Of a DNA stretch of 64,000 bases, positions 49,201-56,177 are shown piece by piece. Position 1 is the first letter of the stretch; each line of letters opens with the position of its first letter. A program made the translations under genes and the position numbers. The stretch comes from Ignavibacteria bacterium (GTDB lineage: Bacteria > Bacteroidota > Ignavibacteria > Palsa-1295): assembly GCA_013287605.1 (NCBI GenBank), contig JABDDM010000004.1, positions 233 to 64,232 on the forward strand, in the 5' to 3' direction. Below the pieces are notes generated by a model. The model worked only from the letters and a program-made list of their open reading frames with translations, was not told the origin of the DNA and made no database searches.

Positions 49201-49700
49201 GCACTGAGCAGCCCTTTGCGAGGCGTCAGATAATTCGAAAAAAGGCGAAGGTGGTGAATGGGATCCTTGCCCGCAGAAGCTGCGCTGTCAGGCAGATCAC
49301 GTAATCCGGGTTCGGATTTCTTACCAAAATAAGCAGAACGTTCATAGGCAATCTTTTCTTCATCCGGGAAGAGTCCTTTCCACTTGTTCTCTTTTCGAGA
49401 GAGCCATGCGCTCCACCAACCGCCCGTATATCCTCCACCGGAAACAGTTGAGAGATAATCGAAGATACCGAGGAGGTTGAGACGATGCAAGGCTTGCAGG
49501 ACCCCAAGCGAGAAAGTCGCGCTGCGAATGCCACCACCGGAAAGCGCAAGTCCTACGAGGTTCGACGGATCCGCCTGTTCCTTCGTTTCGGACCGATCTC
49601 GCCGAACGGCAATATCGGAAAGCTCCGCTTTGAATACATCTTCAAAGGTACTGGGGGCTTGAGGTGGCGGAGGCGGTATAGTCACACGCGCTGCAGTCAA
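46266..49700 (-). CDS. patatin/cPLA2-like phospholipase with ~14-TM insertion between the catalytic Ser and Asp motifs
   Basis: GLALSGGGIRS (oxyanion hole, aa 50-60), STVSGGG (Ser87), hydrophobic helices across aa ~176-761, then FYKARLVRAYLG, TAVSTSGAAASPNMG, LTDGGHFDNTGLYPLIQR (Asp948, nt 46857-46859). Non-ATG start (TTG 49700 or GTG 49685). Confidence 0.8.
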   Translation of the reverse strand: MTAARVTIPPPPPQAPSTFEDVFKAELSDIAVRRDRSETKEQADPSNLVGLALSGGGIRSATFSLGVLQALHRLNLLGIFDYLSTVSGGGYTGGWWSAWLSRKENKWKGLFPDEEKIAYERSAYFGKKSEPGLRDLPDSAASAGKDPIHHLRLFSNYLTPRKGLLSADTWRATAVISRNLVLTWLVFVPILIAALLVGQFYFTLQPESNIEFTFPKGRTPYSTEFLNRDAVALASFKDSIASQIKLARRDSAKADSEKSRLYHARIVSLNTEDSLNYVKRAGNYYLINRAEFALWPLLAIFGWIVMLTTAWMQCVRDNAPRTRRRILGVAPATGFVVALLILWLFRLQGVGFSAMWKYVQQHPYHIGFGATLWFIIAYGLLINVFKKKPDLLDAKIQGHSFKEILRNRIVNKHATLLVTFAITFVVLLFAGFGGYMMRVIIDQSNPEGLFGKAILQNGGPLAILASLAAAIYTSVVVSPKGGSDHTKQQAPSGFRNLILLVAPTLVLLVMLAESSWLTTNLLGSMDKMDATAYHLLTRLAFVGISVLFFYAATEIEWEEGTDARRWRWSLISVALVIAAAAIYLALQNPTKRIDDDLAAYWFVVVIMIGAGLVYRVVLYYPTGLSPTRVNRPLARMSLWLKGHKPMFLVGLLLLAAGVNELVDHLIDVSQRYRADTPEIALLSCAGLIIVLTFILFEIRYARSKRNVRTFATLALLYSLLTLMQMLSFFVTTPSTRLSLMASTVTLISLAISFVAVVGWMIDPNAISIHTFYKARLVRAYLGASNRERGDSQEEIYDAVQNDDINLKDLENCSQGGPLHLIQTTLNLVAGNDLATAQRRSDSFLMSKRYCGSMRTGYRKTDEYMAGKLTLGTAVSTSGAAASPNMGFKTPGSSLVMLMSLLNIRLGYWAPTPNKAHWKSPQPRLWPYYMIRELLSQTNEQTTYCYLTDGGHFDNTGLYPLIQRACKFIVVCDNGADRDPPSFDDLGNAIRRARIDFGAEFDLDLTPLIPGADGNNAQHFIVGKITYSEAHVTELGWRNTDRDSRQGTIIVIKPSMTASEKVDVLQYKRENDAFPDNSLPNQWFDEAEFESYRKLGDRSVMQALEIAQKYTVEATGSNALEGYDADHIKNLFGLLSKLYARPSQL

Positions 49701-49876
49701 TTAAAGGCGTTCGAACTTGGACAGCGCAATATAATGCAACAGAAGGCAAAATCAAAACCCGAAGAGTGCAATATTCCGTATTTCGTCCGAGGCACCGTGT
49801 AACTTGGACGGCCTCTTTTTTGTCACTCTATTGGAATCTCTGCTCAACTCATTAACCAACTGGAGTTTGAAATCTT

Positions 49877-50341
49877 GTGGATACATCGACCGCATATGGC
49901 ATCGAAGCCGGGCGTGCGCTTGATCTTTGGACGAAGCTGGCACGCGCGTTCACGACGTTTAACAAATTGACCATCAAGGATATTTCTGCGTATGGATTAA
50001 CACAGCCGCAGTTCGCTGTGCTTGAAACCATCGGACATCTTGGCCCGATGACCATCGGACTGCTCTGCAAGAAGATGCTGGTCTCCGGTGGGAATATGAC
50101 CGTGGTGTTGGATAATCTCCAGCGTGAAGGTCTGGTTGAGCGGGTAACAAATAAAGATGACCGTCGCTCTATCGAGATACGCTTGAGTGCGGAAGGCACA
50201 AGGCTGTTTAGCGAGATCTTCCCCAAGCATGCGAGTTATGTCGCGAATATCGCGAAGGTTCTCACGCCTGAAGAACAACGTGATCTTGCCGCAATGCTAA
50301 AGAAGCTTGGTACCTCATTGTCAGAAAGATTTGACGGCTGA
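49877..50341 (+). CDS. MarR family transcriptional regulator
   Basis: Winged-helix region LTQPQFAVLETIGHLGPMTIGLLCKKMLVSGGNMTVVLDNLQREGLVERVTNKDDRRS. GTG start. Divergent from the patatin-like gene. Confidence 0.85.
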   Translation: MDTSTAYGIEAGRALDLWTKLARAFTTFNKLTIKDISAYGLTQPQFAVLETIGHLGPMTIGLLCKKMLVSGGNMTVVLDNLQREGLVERVTNKDDRRSIEIRLSAEGTRLFSEIFPKHASYVANIAKVLTPEEQRDLAAMLKKLGTSLSERFDG

Positions 50342-51776
50342 TTTCAAACCTTTCCTTCTTCGATTCATCCGATCTATCAGCAGCGGCACGATCGAGAATA
50401 CAAGCCCGGCATACATCGGCTCCATTCCCCACAAGTACTGAGGCGAGACCGCATCGCCACGAGTTACCCCAAGGAGGTAAGCTGTGAGCGATCCCGAGAG
50501 TCCCAGCACCGTACTCCAGAATGCAGCCTTGGGACTGGGACGCCATTTGGGGAAATAGCTTAATGTTAGCGGGAAGAGAATCGCTGGCACCATGATCGAT
50601 CCGAGCGCATACCAGATCAAATAGATCTTCGGCGTGATCTGAATTATGACAAACGTAACAATCGCGGTGATAAGCAATCCGTAGCGAGTGAACCGCGTGA
50701 TCTTCGTAACATCTCCATACCCAAACAATCGCCAAAGGATATCATGACCTACAATCGTAGCGCTTGTAAACGTGAAGGCATCGACCGCACTCAATTCGGA
50801 TGCGAGTAAGCCAGTGTAGAATACACCTTTGAGTCCCATCGGCAGCACACGTTCTGCGAGCGCTGGATAGGCGAATCGACTTTCAGGAAGCGAGGCGAAT
50901 GCCGCTCTGGCATAAAGCCCCGCAAGATTCGTCATCAGATCAAAAACCAGCCAGCAGCCAACCGAGATAATCAATCCCCACTTCGCGACCTGGGGCTTCT
51001 TTGCAGCAAACACTCGCGTGTTCACATTCGGATCGACGAGCGTGCTAAGCGCAATGATGTACCACACAGCGATGTACCACGGACTAAGCCCGCCTGTCGG
51101 CTTCAAATGACCCGGCGGAACGTGTGATACAATAAAACTCCAACCACCAAATGTTTGGTAAGCGTATGGCAGAACCACTGCAAAGCCGAAGAACATTGTC
51201 AGGAAGCGCAGCGAATCTGCCCGCACAGGTGCTCGCAAACCGCCCATCAGCAGATACGGTAATGGAGTAACGACCGCAATGATCATCCCTAATGTCGTAT
51301 TGATTCCAAAAAAACCACTGATACAGCGTGCCCAGCGTCATGATATATCCAGCAGGACTCGTCAGGAAGAAGACGATTCCTGCACCAAGATAGCCCGTAC
51401 GCTCCCCGTAGGTTGATCGCAGGCGATCAGGAATGGTCGCATTCGCACGATCGCTGTTAACTCTGTGCGCCAGAAAGAACGCGAAAAGAAGTGCTGCGGC
51501 ATAATAAGGTATGCCGAAGACAACCCACATCACGATTCCTTTATCATACGAGAACTCGCCAACGCCAAGCACTCCGCCATACCACATCGTGACGAGAGTC
51601 GCGACGAATGCAGGTATTGTCAGCGTTCGACCGGCGAGGATAAAGTCTTCTGCATCGCTCTTGGGCTTATGCCGGCGAACGGTGATGAAACCGATGAGTG
51701 AATTGGCAGCGATATAGAAAATGATGATCGCAAGATCGAGTCCGCCTAAATGTGGCGTGAGCGAAGTTGACATCAT
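50321..51776 (-). pseudogene. sodium:solute symporter (SSS) family transporter interrupted by a 1-nt frameshift
   Basis: Track ORFs 51084-51776 and 50321-51286 are the N- and C-terminal parts of one SSS protein. Removing one base from the A7 run at 51308-51314 gives the continuous sequence ...LYQWFFGINTTLGMIIAVVTPLPYLLMGG... (about 484 aa). Confidence 0.75.
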
Positions 51777-51780
51777 CTTT

Positions 51781-52431
51781 TTATTTGCTCTTCACTCGCT
51801 CGAGGAACACGATCAGTGCGCCTGAAGTCATGCTCACCGATGCTTCGTCCGAGAGCATGCGATTGCTCAAGCCTTCTCGCACGCCGAGCATCATATCTTC
51901 GTCGTTGAGCGGGTACTCAAATCCGCGCAGCTTCACTTTGAGCGAGATTGGGTATGGTATGAGAGAGACTCGACGTCCAGCCCACCCGCTTACGCGGATT
52001 TCGCCTGGGCTATGCATGAACTGTATTTTATGGTTTAAGTCATATGCCATGAAGACGGGAAACCTCGATGCGTATCGCATCATCACGCTGTAATTTGTCA
52101 AGGTATGATCCTGTCTCCCACCGCCACCGTGCCCTAGCACGATTACCCCATCGATCGCATGGGCGAGCATCCACTTAAGCGCCTTTTCGCAATCGCCTGT
52201 TTCCTGATCCGGAATGTTGACGATCTGCACATCCTCACTGGCGGCCATCTTTAAATCCTTTGGCGTGATAGAGTCAATGTCACCTATGATTACGTCTGGT
52301 ATGATATTGTGCTTGAAAGTATAATGGGCAGCGCCATCTGCGCAGATGATACGATCGCTCCCTTCAATCATCGCGCTGACTTCCGCAATCGGAAGATCAA
52401 TATCGCCCGCAAGCAAGAGTACTGCTCTCAT
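51781..52431 (-). CDS. thiN: thiamine pyrophosphokinase
   Basis: RIICADGAAHYTFKHNIIPDVIIGDIDSITPKDL is a TPK catalytic motif of the GDxDS type. 216 aa. ATGA overlap with the upstream receptor gene. Confidence 0.85.
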   Translation of the reverse strand: MRAVLLLAGDIDLPIAEVSAMIEGSDRIICADGAAHYTFKHNIIPDVIIGDIDSITPKDLKMAASEDVQIVNIPDQETGDCEKALKWMLAHAIDGVIVLGHGGGGRQDHTLTNYSVMMRYASRFPVFMAYDLNHKIQFMHSPGEIRVSGWAGRRVSLIPYPISLKVKLRGFEYPLNDEDMMLGVREGLSNRMLSDEASVSMTSGALIVFLERVKSK

Positions 52432-54731
52432 AGTCCGATCTCGATTTGTCCAAAAAGATTGAACGGCGCACCGACAAAGAAGCCGAGGTCCTTTTCGACA
52501 TAGCTTGTATAGAGCACGTTCGTAAGGTTATTCGCCGTGATCTTGAACTGCAGATAGCTAAGTCCGAGTACCTTCGCCAGTTTGTAACTGGCTGAGCCGT
52601 TAAACAGAACGTATGCCGCATTCTTATAAAGATCTGAATTAAATATATCTCCGTAGAACGCTCCAACGTATCGGCCTGTGATTGCGATGTTAAATCCTGC
52701 CGCCGGGGCGAGCATGAGCATCAGGCCTCCGGTCGTTGAGGGAAATCCGATTGGGACCTTGCCATTTACACTAATCGTATCGGAGTATTTCGAAAACTGA
52801 GTGATCTCGTTGTGGCTGGCAGTGAACGTTAGCGCAAGTGATATCCAATCCGCAAAACGCGCATCGATGGATGTCTCCAGACCATAGTGAAGCGATTTGT
52901 CCGCGTTGGCAACGATTGAAGAGCCATAGTGATCCGTTCGTCCTGTTTTTATTATTTCGTCCCTGAAGCCCATGTAATAGCCGTTTACGGATAGACTAAG
53001 ATCGTTGATCGCTGCGTTCTGCAAAATCGATGACCTGGCTCCCAGTTCCAGATCGAGGAGGTGTTCGGGTTTGATGTTTGGATTACTGAAATCATACCCT
53101 CCGTCCGCAGTTCGCGCAAAATTCGGTTCGTGAAGGAAGTCAGGATTGTAGTAATCAGTAAGCACCGGCTCGCGAGACGTGTATGCAACAGAAGCGAAAA
53201 TACTGGCCTTCTCAAAGGCATAGTTTACGCCTAGTCGAGGATTAACGAACAGGAGTGGCACTGTAAAATCATAACTCTTCCAGCCTACGCTGGTACCGGT
53301 CGCTGTTGACATTCCGCTATCGACATAAAATGGCTTCTGATTGTAAAACAGATAACGATCACTTACCACTTGCAAACTGGCAAGCGCGCTAAGTGGAGTC
53401 GAGAGCGATAGCGCATCCGAAAGATATCCGGCGATCACATCTTTTCCACCATTGTACTCGTAAAAGTGATAATCACCAGGAAGATCGACAGGCATCTGGG
53501 CAGCAGAAAGCAATTTACCCCAATGCGTTGATCGATAGCGGCGAAGTTCTGCTCCGGCAGTGAACGTGCCATTTTCATGCTCGACTTCAACACGAGGCAG
53601 CCAGCCTATCTGATCACCGGCGACGTAAGCTCGCACAAGCTCATTGCCTAATGTCGAATCAGAGATCGGCAAACCGGTGAACCCATAGCGCGCACCATAT
53701 TGAGGAGTAAGGCAATAGTATTCAGTATGAGAATATCCGGTGAATGGCTTGACCCACGTTCCATCAAAATCGAATTGGCCGCTGCCATGGATATAAAAGA
53801 TTGCGTTCGAGACCTTGATCGAAGAACTTGGATTCCAGGTCGCGAGCAACTCGTAATGCGGCTGGAAGAAATCTTCGCGCTCCTCTGGCCTTCGTTGATA
53901 CGTTAACTGTTCCGATAAGTTGACCTTACGCAGGACGGGGTCTGTTAGTTCGGGACCATTCGGAACGGTTGGAAAGACTCCATAATAGTTCAGACCATCC
54001 GAGATCGGTCCGCCATAAAAATTGGCCTGAAGGCTGAACAATGAGTCGAATCGTGAAGCAGAGATATAGTACGAATTGAGATTGACGAATGAAAAATTGC
54101 GATAGCCATCCGTACTTAACTGACTTAACCGCGCGGTGATCAGATACTTATCATCGATGATACCCGAATTCAGCGTTGCCGAATACTTCTGTGTGTTGTA
54201 ACTTCCGTATCCGCCCGAAAAAGAGATTTGCCTGATCGCGTTCGGAGTTGTCTCGACATTGATCGAACCCCCAATTGCTGGAGGACCGTAAAATGCTGCG
54301 CCCGCGCCTCTCTCCACCGTCAACGTGCCAGTGCTCGCACTGAGGTCCGGCATATCGATCCAATAGACATTATGATCTTCCGGATCATTTTGCGGAATGC
54401 CATTAACGAGAATGGATAACCGTCGCTGATCAAATCCACGAATACTGACGAACGAATATCCAGTCTCCGTGCCGTTGTAAGAATAGACTGTGGCCGAAGG
54501 ATTTGTCGCAATAAGCTGCGGAACATCCTGAATTGTGGTCCGTGGATCAAGCGTGCTTCGATCGTATCTGTCGATCGGCGCGGGGGTCTTCCCTTCTGTC
54601 GCTGGAAAACCGGTAACGATGACTGGTTTGCCGATGACCTTTCGATGAACCGAATCGACAGAGGTCTGAGCGATTGATGTTGTACTAAATCCAAGAATGA
54701 GAAAAAGAGACAGGAAGAAAAGTCGGCGCAT
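52428..54731 (-). CDS. TonB-dependent outer-membrane receptor (TPP-riboswitch controlled, probable thiamine/precursor uptake)
   Basis: Signal peptide MRRLFFLSLFLILGFSTTSIAQ, plug region (ISIRGFDQRRLSILVNGIPQNDPE), 22-strand-size barrel, terminal ...FGQIEIGL. The riboswitch lies 80 nt upstream. Confidence 0.85.
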   Translation of the reverse strand: MRRLFFLSLFLILGFSTTSIAQTSVDSVHRKVIGKPVIVTGFPATEGKTPAPIDRYDRSTLDPRTTIQDVPQLIATNPSATVYSYNGTETGYSFVSIRGFDQRRLSILVNGIPQNDPEDHNVYWIDMPDLSASTGTLTVERGAGAAFYGPPAIGGSINVETTPNAIRQISFSGGYGSYNTQKYSATLNSGIIDDKYLITARLSQLSTDGYRNFSFVNLNSYYISASRFDSLFSLQANFYGGPISDGLNYYGVFPTVPNGPELTDPVLRKVNLSEQLTYQRRPEEREDFFQPHYELLATWNPSSSIKVSNAIFYIHGSGQFDFDGTWVKPFTGYSHTEYYCLTPQYGARYGFTGLPISDSTLGNELVRAYVAGDQIGWLPRVEVEHENGTFTAGAELRRYRSTHWGKLLSAAQMPVDLPGDYHFYEYNGGKDVIAGYLSDALSLSTPLSALASLQVVSDRYLFYNQKPFYVDSGMSTATGTSVGWKSYDFTVPLLFVNPRLGVNYAFEKASIFASVAYTSREPVLTDYYNPDFLHEPNFARTADGGYDFSNPNIKPEHLLDLELGARSSILQNAAINDLSLSVNGYYMGFRDEIIKTGRTDHYGSSIVANADKSLHYGLETSIDARFADWISLALTFTASHNEITQFSKYSDTISVNGKVPIGFPSTTGGLMLMLAPAAGFNIAITGRYVGAFYGDIFNSDLYKNAAYVLFNGSASYKLAKVLGLSYLQFKITANNLTNVLYTSYVEKDLGFFVGAPFNLFGQIEIGL

Positions 54732-54811
54732 TGTATGGTCGCGATAAGAATTCGGCGGGGGAAGGACGACCGGAGCGCAATTGGTGAGCTAAGTGTGCTC
54801 AAAGGCTTCGC

Positions 54812-54897
54812 ATCGTTTCCCTTCGCTGGCATGATCCAGATCAGGTTCCAAGGGTGAATCTCAGCCTGATCCCCATGGATCAGACACCCCTAACGAT
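54812..54897 (-). promoter_or_regulatory. TPP (THI-box) riboswitch aptamer
   Basis: Minus strand: AUCGUU-AGGGGUGUCUGAUCCAUGGGGAUCAGGCUGAGAUUCACCCUUGGAACCUGAUCUGGAUCAUGCCAGCGAAGGGA-AACGAU. It contains the conserved GGGGUG, CUGAGA, ACCUGAUCUGGAU.AUGCCAGCG.AGGGA elements and a 6-bp P1 stem. Confidence 0.92.
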
Positions 54898-55013
54898 CGC
54901 GCTGCGCAGCAAAGCCGCACAGAGTGACGGTGATGAAATTGTTTGGAGAGGCGAAAAATTCCGAGGAAGTTGGAGAAGCACCACCGACTTGCCTTCTTAG
55001 CCTTGGTAAAGCA

Positions 55014-55955
55014 TCAATGAGAAAGCTTATTCTGTGAGTCGATCATTTCCGAAAGAGGGCGTCCCCAGACGCCGTAATGAGTGCCTGCAAAAAGATTCTG
55101 TCCGCTCGCGGCAAGGGCCCGGACTTCAGTGCTTGTCAGACCGCTATTGACCGCAATCCAGCTTGCGCCAAGGTTCGACGAAAGAAAAACGCCATTAGAA
55201 GACCCGACGAAGAGGTTTGAATCACACACCATAAGGGCATTGATATAACCTTTTGGCAAGCCGGTATTTACTTCCGTCCAGTTTGTGCCATTGTTCGTTG
55301 AGAGAAAAACGCCTTCGCAGTCAGTCCCGGCAAACACATTCGCGCCAATCGCCGCAAAGGCTCGGACAAATGGATGTGTCAAACCGGTGTTGACTGCAGT
55401 CCAGCCCGTTCCGTTGTTGGTTGAAAGGAATACGCCGCGCCAGAAAGCCCCTGCAAATAGATTCGCCCCGCTTACTACGAGAGCTATCACATTCTTGTTC
55501 AGCCCAGTATTGACCGCAGACCAAGTTGCACCATTATTCGTTGACAGAAAGACGCCGCCGGCGTAAGTCCCTGCAAAGAGTTTAGTACCACTAACCGCGA
55601 GCGCAGAGACAGAATCGTTCGTCAAACCGGAATTTACCGCAACCCAGCTTGCCCCATCGTTCGTAGAACGGAAGACGCCGCGGCCGCAAGTCCCTGCAAA
55701 GAGATTCTTGCCGCTCACCACAAGCGCCGCAACAGGAGTCTTCTTTAAACCGATGCCAATCGACGTCCAACTTGAGCCTCTATCAATTGAGCGGAAAACA
55801 CCTCCGCTTGGAGTTCCAACAATGAGGTTCGAGTCGATCACTGCAAAGGAACTGACAGGTTCCGTCATGCTGGTTTTAACCCACTGGGCTTCAGCGAACT
55901 CCGGTGTAAAACAAAGTAGAGTGATCGAGAAGGCAAAGAGGCTATTGAGCTTCAT
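55014..55955 (-). CDS. secreted 7-bladed Asp-box beta-propeller-like repeat protein
   Basis: Signal peptide MKLNSLFAFSITLLCFTPEFAEAQ. Seven ~45-aa repeats G(G)VF(R/L)STNxGxxWxxVNxGLxxxxVxALxxSGxNLFAGT. Confidence 0.7.
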   Translation of the reverse strand: MKLNSLFAFSITLLCFTPEFAEAQWVKTSMTEPVSSFAVIDSNLIVGTPSGGVFRSIDRGSSWTSIGIGLKKTPVAALVVSGKNLFAGTCGRGVFRSTNDGASWVAVNSGLTNDSVSALAVSGTKLFAGTYAGGVFLSTNNGATWSAVNTGLNKNVIALVVSGANLFAGAFWRGVFLSTNNGTGWTAVNTGLTHPFVRAFAAIGANVFAGTDCEGVFLSTNNGTNWTEVNTGLPKGYINALMVCDSNLFVGSSNGVFLSSNLGASWIAVNSGLTSTEVRALAASGQNLFAGTHYGVWGRPLSEMIDSQNKLSH

Positions 55956-56177
55956 GGCTTTATATTGGAACACGTCATGTGCTGTTTCGCTTCGAAGACC
56001 AACGTTTAACTTTCATCCTTCACGACGCTGACCTCTGGAGCCAACGTTAACCTGGCAACAGTTGTTTTGCACGGTCACAGAAGCACTCAATTTCCCTTAA
56101 TATTCAATGGAAAGCAGCCCAAACGTCAAGCTACCAACTCTCGTCCTCCCTTTCGGTTCGCTGGTAGTAGTTGTCAA

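Noticed and set aside
51300-51320. Programmed +1 ribosomal frameshift at UUU UUU U in the SSS transporter.
   Set aside because: The 0-frame codon after the run is UGG, which is neither a stop nor an obviously hungry codon. No stimulatory SD-like element or structure was seen. An indel or homopolymer error is more parsimonious.
54320-54832. 170-aa minus-strand ORF that overlaps the TonB receptor 5' end and extends into the riboswitch.
   Set aside because: It is out of frame with the receptor gene, which has a good signal peptide starting at 54731. Its upstream part is the TPP aptamer RNA.
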